Assembly: GCA_004431415.1 (NCBI GenBank)
Contig: QPMI01000522.1
Location: forward strand, 124,001 to 188,000
Reading direction: 5' to 3'
DNA from: Cyanophora paradoxa CCMP329
Taxonomy: Eukaryota > Plantae > Glaucophyta
Length of the DNA: 64,000 nt
The notes beneath the pieces were generated by a model. That model did not search any database and had not been told where the DNA came from. It saw only the letters and a list, made by a program, of their open reading frames with translations. This document shows, in pieces, positions 1-11,932 of the stretch; the first letter of the stretch is position 1, and the number at the start of each line of letters is the position of its first letter. The translations under genes and the position numbers were made by a program.

Positions 1-240
1 ACACGAATAAGTCGGCCCCCGTCTGCTTTAGGAGGCCCTTAAAAGCTTGGCCCCCTAGTGGAGCGATTCGAAAGATTTTAACTGCACGAGGGAGCTGGGC
101 ACCCTCGCTCGAGCTCGAACTTGCATGCAAATCTCTCAGAGTCTAAACGTTTAACAAGAGAACCAGGACAGGGTCCGCGTACGGTATATATATACTGCAT
201 GCGTACAAGCGCATAGCTAGCTATATAGGCCCTTGAGCTC

Positions 241-861
241 ATGATCATTTGCATATATATAGCTATAGGGGGCGGCCCCGACTCGGTGGCCCTCGAGGCC
301 ACCAAGAACAGCAAGAAGATCTCGATCCCGGGAGCACCGCATCAACTACCCCGACGGGGTGGCCGCGCGTCCTACCGCCCCGGCCACTCGACGGGGGCGC
401 GCCGGCTCAACCGCCTCAGCGCCCTTAACGAGGACAAGACCCCCGAGGAGGCCGCCCAGCTCGCGGCGGACATCGCCGCCCAGTCCCACAAGCGCGCGAT
501 CGAGCGCTTCGGCCCCGACGCCGTCAAGAAGCGCGAGGGCGGTGCCGCCGCCCCGCCCCGCCGCCGCGGCCGCCGCGGCCGCCCCCGCTGCTGCCGCCAA
601 CGCCGCCACCGCTGCCGCTGCTGCCGCCGCCGCCGCTGCCGCCGCCGTCGCCGCCGCCGCCGCCCGGCACCGGCCGCCGCCCCGCGCCCGCCCCGGGCCC
701 GGCCCCGCCCCCGGCCCTGGGCCGGCCACCATCTCGCTTACCAACTACCAGGCGGCCCAGCGCGTGCTCGCCGAGCTCACCTGGGCCCTCGGGGCCCCGC
801 CGCCATCGAGGCCCTCCTGGCCGGCCGCCGGGCGGCCGCCGCCGACAACGCGGCAGCGTAG
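241..861 (+). pseudogene. Frameshifted coding remnant, possibly the 3' internal part of a retroelement
   Basis: Protein-like segments (EDKTPEEAAQLAADIAAQSHKRAIERFGPD; ISLTNYQAAQRVLAELTWALG; AIEALLAG) lie in different frames without clear introns. No recognisable domain. It lies upstream of a PPT-like tract and a putative LTR. Confidence 0.3.
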
Positions 862-960
862 AAATTTCCTCTCTCGGCACTTTTACCCTTTCGGCCCCGA
901 TTTCTTTCTCTTTCCTCTCTCTACAATTTGCGGTAGCATGACTGCCGAAGAAAGGGGCCT

Positions 961-1560
961 TGTGACAAGCCCGCCGCCCTCCTCTCTGAGTTAGATAGCT
1001 CCATGAAGCAATGACACCCCCTACCCGCCCTCGCATTAAGCCTTGCCCGCCTACGGGTTCGCCCCACCTCCCTAAGCATCTCTCCGGCCCGGACGCTTGC
1101 GACAGACTAGCTCCACGGCCTGCGCCCCGCCACGCCCTCTGTCCCTGACCCTCCTAGGGTGCCCACCCCGCCCGCCACCGCCGTCCCCGCGGCCGCGGCA
1201 TACCGATAAAGCCCCTACCCGGCCCACACCCACCCGCGCCCCACACGCAATAAAAATCGGGGGCGCGCCCGCTACCCTAGCCCGCGCCGCTCCCCTCCCC
1301 CCTCCCTCCCCGCCCCGCTCTCCCCTGACTGATAAGCTTGGCCCCCATGGCGCCACGACTCCCAACTGTACGTCTACACTCACACCTACGACCCCCTCCC
1401 ACGCCTCCCCCCACAAGAGAAACGCTCAGCTGTAGCGTCGAGGCGCCTATCCCTGTGTTCCGGCCTCAGGTTATGCTCTGACCCAGAGTTCGGCCTATTC
1501 CGAACCGGTAGTGCGTACGATGATGTTACTGAACAAATACAATCGCCACCGCCCTTGATA
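961..1560 (+). mobile_element. Putative 3' LTR of a decayed LTR retroelement
   Basis: Purine tract GAAGAAAGGGG (947-957) followed by TGTGAC at 961; AATAAA near 1248; ends CTTGATA at 1560. The LTR at 50-54 kb ends CTTAATA (minus strand), and the two share a similar motif (GGCCTCAGGTTA vs GGCCTCTGGTTA). No second copy in the window. Confidence 0.35.
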
Positions 1561-2388
1561 TGGGCTTTGTGAAAAAAATGCTAGCGCTGCTATTGCAGTC
1601 AGCTGCAGATCTATTAATATTAGGGTATATACATGTACATGTGCGAGCACGCACGTGTATGCACCGAGCTGAAAAGCTTGCGCATGCAATCGTCTTCAAA
1701 ATTTCTCGCAGTCTTCAATTTTCGCTAACATTGAGATCAGCTGTAGATTGCAATTAATATCATAGCGTTGGTAGTAGTGAAGGCAGGTACTAATTTGTTG
1801 TGCAGTATGCACAGAGCCACGGCGCCGGCATGCGCAAGTCCATAGAAGCAAATTCGCATGCATAGTGGCCTAGTAGTACCGTATACGTAGTACTAGTTTT
1901 CAAGTAGCGATTTCGAATTTCGTGTGTTGGCCAATGGCGCAGTTCAACGGTTTCAAATAAGTCATATGTGTGTGCAGTCATTTGTGTTCTCCGAATAAAA
2001 TTATAGTACTGCAGCAATCTGCTGCTTATTATCTGCAGCTGCATGCGCAGCGGACGTCGACGATTCCGATTAGCGGATCGCGGACCGCTGTGGCGCTGGC
2101 CCTCTGCAGCTGGGCCAGCGATGCGCATGCATATGAGCCGCGATTTTGAATGCCCGCTACTTATTATCCGATGATCTAGCTTGCTCCAAATTTGATCATC
2201 ATGGCATGATCACAAATTCGAAGGTGCGCGTTTCGATTCGGCGATCATGACGAAGCCATGCATATGGCGATCATCGGATATTAATGTGCATGATGCGCAC
2301 GCGATGAGTCGCCCATCGATATCGATATCGGAGCTCGAACTCGAGATGCATATGTCCGACGTCGACGTTGACGCGATCGACGTCGACG

Positions 2389-2412
2389 GTCCGACGGTCG
2401 CGACCGTCGGAC
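2389..2412. repeat. Perfect 24-bp palindrome GTCCGACGGTCG-CGACCGTCGGAC
   Basis: Read directly; embedded in a GTCGAC-rich tract. Confidence 0.9.
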
Positions 2413-2877
2413 GCCCGGCGGCCCATGCAGCCGCCCCGGGCCCCGGGCCGGGCCCGGGCTTACTACTAGTAGTTAAGCTTGCCAGCGCTGGTTTTATTAA
2501 TTCAGCTAGACTGCAGACGGGTCGCCGCTGGCGAGGCCCGTGGCCCGGCGGCGCGCGTGGGCTCTAGATCTGCTGCATGGTGTCCCGACTTCCGAGTTAG
2601 CCAGCTGCGCCGCTTATATAAAATTAACTTGCGCAGCGGGGCTTGCAATTGCGGCCGCTGCAGCGCTAGCGCAGCTGCAGCTGGCGCCATGTGCACGTGC
2701 ATGGTAGCAATTTCGAATTCAGACTCAGCTGTACATGTACCCCCCACTGAGAGCGCGGGTTCGAATCTCTCCCTGTCTAAAGGCTCCAAAAGCGGCCGGC
2801 TTGCCTTACGGCCTTGTTGGGTCATGGGGAGCGTGTAGCGCTAGCTAGCAGTAGCTATAGCACAGCTGCAGTATCAG

Positions 2878-5800
2878 ATGCGAAGATCAGCGTCGCTCGG
2901 GGACGTGACCGATGTCGGCGTCGGTCGCCTCGGGCGCTCGCTCGTCTCCGAGGAGGTTGCGCGTGTTCTGTGGCAGGTGAGCTAGCAGCTTTTGGTTTCC
3001 CGTGTGCTCCGCGGCCTGCCGACACGCCACCGCCAGTTCCACCGAGGGCCGCCGGGCTTGTCGGTTGTCCGCGACCAGGTGCGCCCCGAGGCATCCGATC
3101 GCCTTCCTCCTTCCGCCTCTGACTCGGCGCCAGTTCCTGGAGCTCGCTCTGAAAGTCGCCCGGGCCCTCAGCGACGACTGGCACGCGGTTAAGCCGGCGG
3201 CGGAGGCGGCCGCGCTGCTCGACTGGGCGGCCATTTCTCGGGGCTCGAGGCTCGCCTCGGGCGCCAGCGTGCGCCTGTACATCTTCCGCAGCGCCGGTGC
3301 GCCCGCTCGCCGAGCCGATCCGCTCCGCCCCGCCCCGATTTGGCGCGGCGGCAGAGCGCTGGGCGGGGAGCGAGGACGGGCGGCCCTTCGCGAGGTTCCT
3401 CGCCACTCTGTACAGCGCGGTGACGACCCCGCAGGGTGCGCATGCGCGCGCCGCCCCCCGCCGGCCGGCCTGAGCCCTGAGCCGCCGCCGCCGCCGCACT
3501 CGCCGGCCGGCAGACTCGACGCGGGGCGCGGCGGTGCTCGTGGGAAAGGCGCGGCACCCGTCGCGGCGGAGGAAGTCGGTGCTGAGGCGGCGCTGCCGGA
3601 GCGCATCGCCGGGCGTGCAGCCCTGGAGCGAGCCGGCGGGGCGGCGCCGGGGCCCGCGGGCGACAAGTCCCCCGCCGAGAGCGACGTCTCGTACGGGGTC
3701 GACGGGGGCGCCGGGGGCGCCGGGCCCGACGCCGCCGCCGATCCAGGCCAGTCGTCATCGCCCCCGCCGCCTCCGGCGCGGGCCTCGCCCCCCGCCGCGT
3801 CTCCAGAGGCGGGGCCCGAAGAGCCGGCCGCGCCGCCCGCCCCCACGGAGGCGGCGGGGGGGGAGGAGATCCCGGGTCCCGGGCCCCCGGAGGGGGGGGA
3901 GGAGGGCGGGGTTGGCGGGGCGCCCGCCGCGGGGGCGCCCCCCGCGGACCGGCGCCCCGGAACCGTGTCCCCCCTGCCGCCCTCGCCCCCCGCCTCCCTT
4001 CCCGCCTCCCTACCCGGCTCCGCTCCCCCCCCTCCCCACGACTTCGTCCCCGCGGACCACGGCTTCGACGTACCCCCCTCCCGGGGGGCCTTCACGGAGT
4101 TCTCCGATTCGACGGACCTGCACCCCCCGCGGGGGTACACCGCCACGGGGCCGGAGGAGGAGGACGAGGAGGAGAATAAGGGGGGGACCGGCGCGGAGGC
4201 GGAGGCGGAGGTGGAGCCGGCAGAAGCGGAGGGGAACAACAACGGCGAGGAGGCTGCGGGAGAGGCGGGGGCCCCCGCCAAGGAGCCGCTGTCCCCGCGG
4301 GCCGCCGCCGCCGCAGCCGCCGCCTCGGGCCGCCCCCTGGCGCCCCCGTCGCTCTCCCGAAAGTCCCTCATCGTCCCCGAGCAGGTGCCGTACCCCCCGT
4401 CTGCTTGCACCCCCCCCAACCCCCCTCCCCAAACTGCTCGACCGACGCGGCACCCCCCTCCGAGCAGCCGGCGGGCATATTCCAGCGGGAGCACAACGAC
4501 GGGGTCGGCGGCGCCGGCTCACTGTCCCCTCGCAGCGTCCGTTCCCCTGCTCTTCTTCCCGGTCCTGCCCACCCGGCTCCCTCCCGACCCTGTACCCCTC
4601 GCAGGAGAAGGCCCGGTCAGAGCGGTCGCTCGAGGGCTCCCCGGGGAGGGCGGCGGAAGGGGGTACGGGCGCGCGGAGCGAGGGGGAGCGCCGGGCCAAG
4701 AGCAGCCGGCCCCCTTCCCAGGCCACCAAGATCGTCGGCGGCGGCCTCCTTTCCTACCAGGCGCGCCGTACCCCCCCCCCGCGCTCGGCCCCGTACCCCG
4801 GCGAGCGTCCTTTCGCCGCAGGCGTTCCCGAGCTACCTGACGAGGGCGCGGGGGCTACACGGGAGCGTGGCCGTCCAGGTCGGTTCTTCGAACCCCTTTC
4901 GGCGCTCTCGTTCTCGCTCAGCGGCTTTCGGCGCAGCGGCACCGCGAGCTGGACGAGTGGCTCTTGGCGGAGGCCCAGCGGGCTGTCGCCTCGGGGGCCC
5001 CGCCCAAGCGGCCGCAGCGCAGCCGGCCCCGCCGCCCCGCCGCCGCCGCCGCCGCCGCCGCAGCGCCCCGCGACCCGCGCACGCGGCTGCACGCGTCGCC
5101 GTCGAGGTGGGCACCCGCGCCCCTCTCCTCTCGCTGAGGCTCTGACGCGGCGTGGCGTGGCGGGGCGGGGCGGGGCAGGTGCCGCGGCCCGGGGCCTTCC
5201 ACAGGACGGGCCGCCTGCGGGGCCTGACGGCCGCGCCGGGCGTCGAGGAGGAGAGCGAGGCGTCCCAGCAGGCGCGGCCCCGGGGCCCCCACGCCCCCGG
5301 CCACGCCGCCCCCGTCTCCACCGCGCGGCGGCGGCCCTGCCCGCCCGGCCGCCTCGCCCCGCCCCGCCCGCCCCGGGCGCCAGCCCAGGCGACCCTGGCT
5401 CAGCGTCCTTCTCGAATCCGGCGAGGGCGATTTCTACGACGACGAGGTACGCGCCTCCGCCCGCCCCGCGCTTTCTTTTCGCCCTTTGTCTTTCTCAGCC
5501 CCGCCCGCGCCGCGCAGCCGCACGCGCCGGCGCCGGCGGCGCCCGCCTCGGCCCGGCCCGCGCCCCTCTCCGACCCGCCTTACTCCCCGCGGCGCCTCCT
5601 GGCGCCCCCGCCGTCCTTCGTCGCGCCGGCCCCGCCCTCCGCGCCGCCCTCGGCCCCGGCGACACCGCCGGGGGCGCGGGCGCCGCCGCCGCCGCCGCTG
5701 CCGCTGACGCTCGGCGAGATTGACCTGGGGGCCATCGCCGCGGTCTCGGAGGCGGCCCTGACGGCCCGCCGCGTCTCCCAGACCTACGCCTCCGCCCTCT

Positions 5801-8011
5801 CCTCCGCCGCCGCTTCCCGCCGACAGAGCCCCGCCGACCTCATACACGCGCGTACCCCCCCCCCCACCAATCGGTCCGGTACCCCCCGGTCGCTGACGCT
5901 CGCGCAGGCGCTGGCCGCAGCCGCGCGGGAGCACGAGGCCGGCCTGTCCGCCTTCCTCGCGTCCGACCCCGCGCTCGCCTTCCGGCTGCCGCCCCTCCCT
6001 CCGGCCGCGGTCCTCCACTCCGCCCGCGGGGGGGTACGCGTCCCTTTCCGCTCTTCCGGGCTCAGCTGAGCGGCCCTCGACCCGCAGGAGCAAGGGTACC
6101 CCTACCAGCACCACGTGCCGCACCCCCCGGGGGCCGTGCAGTCGCGCCCGGCGGCCCTCTCCCGCCCCCACGTCCTCGCGATGACCCCCCGCCCGGTGCG
6201 CCCTCCTCTGTAGCCTTCTTCTAATAGTTCTTTCTCATCCCCCCCCCCCCCCCCCCCCCCCCCCTCTCCAGGCGCACGACTTCGACGAGCTGCTGGGGGT
6301 ACTGAAGGCGCACTTCGGCCTGGCCGACGGGGCCGTACCCGGGGACCTGCAGTTCCCCCCGGAGGCGCCGCAGCCGCCGCCGGAGACGCGGGCGCAGCGC
6401 GTGCAGCGGTCGCGCACGCTCCGCGGGAGCGTCGGCTCCGACGGGAGCGACGGGGAGCAAGGCGGCCAGCGCTCGGCGCGGTGGCCCCGGCCCCCGGCGG
6501 ACCCTCCCCAGCAGCAGCAGCCGCAGCAGCGCGAGGAGGAGGAGGAGGAGGTCCCAGATCCTCTCCAGGCCCCGCCCACGCCTCCTCCGCCTCTGCCCCC
6601 GCCCCCGCCGTCGCGCCCTCCGCTGAGGGGCATCCTCAAGCGGCGGGCCCTCCAGACATCCTCCTTCCGTATCACGGAGCACGCGGTCGGGCTCGTCATG
6701 GCGCCCGCCCCGGGCGAAAAGGCCCCCGGCACGCCCAGGGACGACCCGCGGGCCGGCTCGTCGCGCCGCTCGATGACCCTGGGGCGCGCCCGCTCCGTCC
6801 TCAAGAGCATCTTCCCGGACGCCCAGCAGGCGGCGGCGGCGGCGGCCGGGGCGGACAAGGAGAAGCAGCAGGGCCCGGTGGAGGAGCGGCTGGAGGACGG
6901 GACGGTGGCCCTGCGCTCGCTCACGAGGAAGCTCGAGGTGGCGCGGGCGCCCCCGCCCCGCTCCCGCACCATGCCGGCCCCCTCGCCCCGCGCCCGCCGC
7001 GCCGCCGCCGCCGGCGCCGGCCCGCCCTCTCGGAGCCTCAAGTCGGCGGGGGCGCCCGCCTCCGGCGGCGGCGGCCTGGCGGCCGCCCGCCCGCCCCGCG
7101 GCCCCGCGGAGAAGAAAAGGGAGGAGGAGGAGGGGGCGCCCGAGGGCGGGGGGGCAGAGGCGGCCCCGGGCGGCGCGGAGGAGGCGGAGGCGGAGGCGGC
7201 AGGGGCGGCGGAGGAGGCCGCGGGGCCCGTGGACGACGCGGCGGAAGGAGGAGGCGAGGAGCGGGAGGGGGAGGCGCCGGCTGGAGGGGCCGCCGTCGAG
7301 GAGGAGGAGGAGGAGGAGCCTGGAGCGCCGAACGCGGAGGCGGCAGCCGAGGCGGGGCCAGCGGACGCGGAGGGAGAGGCAGCCCCGCCGGAGGAGGAGG
7401 AGGAGGCGGAGGCCGGGCCGGCGGCCGTGGGAGGGACGGCGCCGCCCTCGGTCCCTTCCTCTGGCGCCGAGCTGGCGGGAGAGGGGGCGGAGGCCGCGCC
7501 GGCCGTGGAGGAGAAGGAGGAGGGGGAGGGGGAGGCCGCGGCGACCGCAACCGAGCCGCCGCCGACGGCAGCGGCGGAGGAGGAGAAGCATGAGGAGGAG
7601 GAGGAGGAGAAGAAGAAGCACACGCCGAGCTTAGAAGCGGAGCCGGAGAGGCCCGATGCCGGGGGGGGGGAGCAAGATGCGGTACCCCCCGCCGCGGATG
7701 GCGGGGGGGAAGGGTCGGCCGGCGAGCGCCCCATCGGCCCCGCGGAAGCGCAGCTCGAGCCGGAGCCCGAGCCGGAGGTACCCCCCCTCGGCTCTGAGGT
7801 GGACAGGGACGCCGAGGGGGGGTACGGGACCCCGTTCTCCTCTTCCCCCGCCGGGGCGGCGGCGGGCGCGGGCGGGCGGCGGCTGACGGCGGAGGAGAGT
7901 GCGTTTGTGGAGGGCGACGGGCCGAGCGCGTGGGGGTCCTTCGGCGGCAGGGACAGCGGCGCCACCGGCGGCGGCGGCGGCGGCAGCGGCATGGTCGAGG
8001 CCGCCGCCTAG
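2878..8011 (+). CDS. Multi-exon hypothetical protein, Pro/Ala/Glu-rich and largely disordered
   Basis: Long open exons (about 3134-4390 and 6270-8011), GT..AG introns and globular-looking islands (FLELALKVARALSDDW; DFDELLGVLKAHFGL). The start MRRSASLGDV at 2878 is tentative; stop at 8011. Confidence 0.55.
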
Positions 8012-8370
8012 CCGTCGATTCGAATTCGAATCAGTTTGACGAGATCTAGACAACTTTTTCCGCGTGATCTCCATACTATGTACGCTTAGGCTGGTTCTTG
8101 TCCGCGTTGTTTTAGATAATTAACTTAAGCGGACTCGTCTCTCATCGAAATTCTTCGAGGTTCGGATTGCATTTGTTCAGTTGAGGCTCGAGGCGCGAGC
8201 AGCGCCGGGGCCCGGCGGAACAACAAGCGGGCGGCCAGGGCCTATGTACACAAAACGGCCCGGGGCGCCCTATGTTACATCGTGTGTGTACAGGCGGGGA
8301 GCTCGAGGCCTGGGCGGAGGCTCCCCTGGACAGCTTAAGCTTGACCCCCATGGCCAGGCGCCGGGGCCCG

Positions 8371-9907
8371 TCAGTCCGAAGCGGCGGCGGCCGCGCGGAG
8401 AGCGTTCAGCGCAATAAGGATCTGCGGGAGCGACGTCGGGAGGGGTACAGGGTACGATGCGACCGGGCGGCGGCGCACCGACTTGTCCACGGCGATGCGA
8501 ACGCAGTCGGCCTTCGGCTTGTAGCTGTCCATGCTCTCCGCTGCGCTCAGACGAGTCAGGTGAGCCCAAACGGGGCGGGGGCGGGGGGACGAGAGCGGGA
8601 GGGGGTACCGGCGTTGAGAACGTTGCCGTCGACGGCCAGGATGGCGCCCACCTGCACCTTCCGCAGCGACCCGATGATGAAGAGCGACGAGCACTCCTGG
8701 AGGCGGGGAGGGGGGGATGTCAGGGGGGTACGCGGCGCTTCGGGAAGGGGGCAGGGGGTACGGCGCGCCATCTCGACGCAAAGGACGTTGGCCTGGGAGA
8801 GGAGCTGGTAGCTGGGCGAGTTGGGGATCCACGACTCTACCCCCCGGTAGAACGCGTCACGCGTCACGATCTGCCCCCGCCAGATTCGAACCCGGTCCTG
8901 CAAGGGCGGGGGTACGGCGTTTCCGCGCACCAGCCCCGTGTGCGTCGTCATGCCGAGGTCCTTGGAGGCCTTGCGGAGGGATACAGCAATGTCCGGGTCC
9001 GAGACGGCGGGGAAGCCGGGGGGTACGGTCTCGCGGCCTGCGAGGCAGGGCGTTCAGGTCGGTCGGGCGGGTGAGGAGCAGGAAGCCGCTTCGGCAAGCG
9101 CCGGGCGCTGGGCGCTCGGCCGCGACGCACCGTAGCCAGTCGAGTCCACGGCTGCGGTGGCGATGACGACGTCTCTGCGGGCAGCTAAATAAGGAGGGTA
9201 GGAAGACTGCGGTCGGAGGGGGCAGCGCACCCGGCGTGGATGTTCTGCTGGAGCGCTGAGAAGGGAGCGGGGCGGGGAGCGGTCAGGAGGCGAACGGGGG
9301 CCAGGCTCGCTCGTGAGGGCCGCGCGCACATCCGCAAGTCCCCACGCGAATGAGCCGCTTGGCGCCCGCTCGAATGAGCTCCTCGAAGGCGATCTGCGAG
9401 GGCGAGGCGGACGTCGGCTAGAGCGAAGAGCCGCGCGCGCATGCCAGGTCGGCAGGAAGGCGCACCGACGCTCCGGGTGCGCCGATTCCGTGGCTGCACA
9501 CTGTCACTGGCAGGCCCTCCCATGTACCGCTGTAGGCGCGGTACTCCCGGTTCTCGCTTAGCAAGACGCCGTGGAAGTACTGAGCTATCCGAGTCGCGCG
9601 CGCCGGGTCTCCGCAGACGAGCACGTTCTCGTGTACTCGCAAGTCTCCGGCGATCGGCAGACCGGTCAGGGGCAGGCACTTCGGAACCGCCTTGTCGCTG
9701 TGCGACGAGCCAGCGTCATCACCCTGCAGGATCGCGGTAAGCGAGCAGTCGGAGTCACTCTCTGGCGCGGTTTATAGGCGGCTCCTATGCTGTGGGGCGC
9801 GCGGGTGGCGGTGTCAAGGTTGACCGGCTCGGGATGGTCCCAGCGCTCCGGCTGTTCCAAAAAGCAGCACGCAAAGCGGCGCTGTGCTCGTCACGCACCG
9901 TTCCCAT
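8371..9907 (-). CDS. Uridine phosphorylase / purine nucleoside phosphorylase (PNP_UDP_1 family), intron-rich
   Basis: Spliced motifs VLVCGDPARA, NREY, SHGIGAPG, FEELIRAGAKRLIRVGTCG, TRDAFY and VEM|ECSSLF. Reconstructed N-terminus MGT|PERWDH; stop at 8371. Confidence 0.9.
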
Positions 9908-9998
9908 TGCAGCGAAAGGTCTGGCAGAAGTTGCTCGCCAGGTCTCTGTACCCGTCGAGCGAAAAAACAAGTCGCCTGGCTTAGCTCCTCGAAAGCGA
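9908..9998. promoter_or_regulatory. Putative compact bidirectional promoter
   Basis: 91 nt between the reconstructed divergent ATGs at 9907(-) and 9999(+). Confidence 0.5.
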
Positions 9999-11693
9999 AT
10001 GGTGCGGGCTGCCGGACGCGCTCGCGAGGCTACTGCTAGCGTGCGCTGCTCGTGCTGATCGACGTTCACGGCAGGGCGGCAGCCACTCGCAAGACGAGAA
10101 GAAGACAGAGCAGAAGGGGCCGGACTACCCTTTCACGGAACGCGGAGAGCACAAGGCAGCGATCAAGTACCGGACAGCGACCGGCATCGAGTACGAGCAG
10201 GTCCTCTTCAAGGAAGACGCCGGCAAGGACGTCGTTCCCAGGAACACCGATGTAGCATTGCAGCAGCAGGTACCAGGAGCGCCAGCGGGCGTCTCGAGCT
10301 CGGCGCCTCCAGCGGCGGCAGCCACGGCACCAGGGCAGCAATTGCAACCTGCCGGCGCACCGCCCGCCCAGTCCTCGCGGGTGACCGAGACCGGCTTCAT
10401 CAGGCCGCGCGTGCTGGTGCTCTTCGCGTCCTTCTACGGTGCGCACACTTCTCTGGCCTCGGCGGCGCCTGCGGCGCTCGCGCAGCTGAACTTCGAGCAG
10501 GGCACGTCCAGCGAATGGCGGAAGCGGTCGCCGAGGGGGCGCAGAGCGCCGGCGCAGAGGTCACGATCAAGGTGCGCGTCGGCGCTTCCTGCTTCTTTCC
10601 CGCAGCTCGCGCGACGTGACGACCGCCCGCGTCCGCTCCGCAGCGAGTCCCCGAAACGCTCTCCGACGGTGCGGGCCCGGGCCCAGCGGTTCGCTTCCGC
10701 TCGCCCTTCTAACTCGCGCCTGCAGAAATGCTGGCGAAGATGCGCGCGCTGGACTCGCGGAAGAGCATGCGGGACATCCCCGTCGCCACCGTCCGCGACC
10801 TGCTCGAATTCGACGGTACCCCCCTGCCTTGCCTCACCATCACGTACCCCCTCACTACGGCCCAGCGATCGTCTTCGGCTCCCCCGCGCGCTTCGGCAAC
10901 GTGGTACGCGGGCCCCCGAGGGGGGGGAGGGAGGGGGGTACCGACCTCGCGCCGGGTCACGCGGGCGTACCCCTCCCCCGCAGTGCGCGGAGATGCGGGA
11001 GTTCCTGGACGCGACTGGGCCCCTCTGGGTCGCCGGCGGCCTGATCGGAAAGGTGGCCTCCGCCTTCACCTGCACGGGTGAGCGAGGGAGAGAGAGGCCG
11101 CCCGGGCCCGAGCCTCGCGCCCCGCCCCCATTGACCAAGCGCCCGGGCCGCAGCCACGCAGCACGGGTGACCGACCCGGCGGCCCCGCCGCGCCCCTTTC
11201 CCGCTCTCGCGCGCCCTGAACCGAAACCGTATCGCAGCGGCCAGGAGTCGACCCTCCTCTCCCTCTTCCCGACGCTGCTGCACCAGGGCATGATCGTCGT
11301 CGGTGCGGTACCCCCCGGGGGCCCTTCCCCCTACCCCCCCCTCAAGGGGGGTACGCAGGCCTTCCCTACGCGTTCCACGGCCAGTTCGGCGTCGAGGAGG
11401 TCAAGGGCTGCTCCCCGTGCGCCCGTGCCCCCTTCCTCGTGCCCCGTACCCCGCGGCGTCCCGAACGCGGTACCCCCCCCCCTTCCTCCGGGCAGGTACG
11501 GCGCAACGACGATCGCTGGGGCGCTGGAGCGGCAGCCGGCGGACGGGGAGCTGGACGGGGCGCGTTTCCAGGGCCGCTACGTCGCCGACATTGCCGCGTG
11601 CGCCAGGGCCCCGTACCCCCCTGCGATCCTTCCCCTCCTGACGCGGGGCGGGCCGGTGCGCGGTCGAGCAGGAAGCTTCTGAACCAGAGCTAG
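9999..11693 (+). CDS. wrbA: WrbA-type flavodoxin-like NAD(P)H:quinone oxidoreductase with N-terminal extension
   Basis: Motifs VLVLFASFYG, IVFGSPARFGN, MREFLDATGPLW..GGLIGKVASAFTCT, TQHG, GQESTLLS..LLHQGMIVVG, YGATTIAG and RQP...EL..ARFQGRYVA. An ATG-only first coding exon and intron 10002-10074 give MGGSHSQ. Confidence 0.92.
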
Positions 11694-11932
11694 CTAGCTA
11701 GCGCTTGATGTAGGGCGGGACTCAGAGCGTGGGCATTGGGCATGTTGCAAGGGGGGAAAAGAAGACCGAAGGTCTTCCCCCCCTTGCTTCCCGTTCCCTC
11801 GCTTCAGCCAAAAGTTTTCTATGAGGCCGTTTTCGAGGGCCAGCTTGCAACGAAATTGTCGGTTATTCGCGATCCGATTGGCTCGGTGAACCGGTCAGCT
11901 CTCGACTTTCGAGCGTCGAATCGGAGGGGAAA

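Noticed and set aside
1515-1535. C/D-box snoRNA-like ATGATG..CTGA
   Set aside because: The C box is imperfect and the two boxes are only a few nt apart.
2750-2780. GGTTCGAATC B-box/tRNA T-loop-like sequence
   Set aside because: No T-stem pairing, A-box or cloverleaf; TTCGAA is ubiquitous in this window.
6239-6264. Long poly-C/poly-G runs in introns (also near 31020, 37460 and 45640)
   Set aside because: Homopolymer lengths are unreliable in assemblies, and there is no independent evidence of function.
2887-7992. Long antisense and alternative-frame ORFs, here and throughout the window
   Set aside because: Shadow ORFs caused by very high GC content; Arg/Pro/Gly-rich with no domain signal.
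9770-9780. TATAAA as the promoter of the phosphorylase gene
   Set aside because: It falls inside a reconstructed coding exon (AAYKPRQR).
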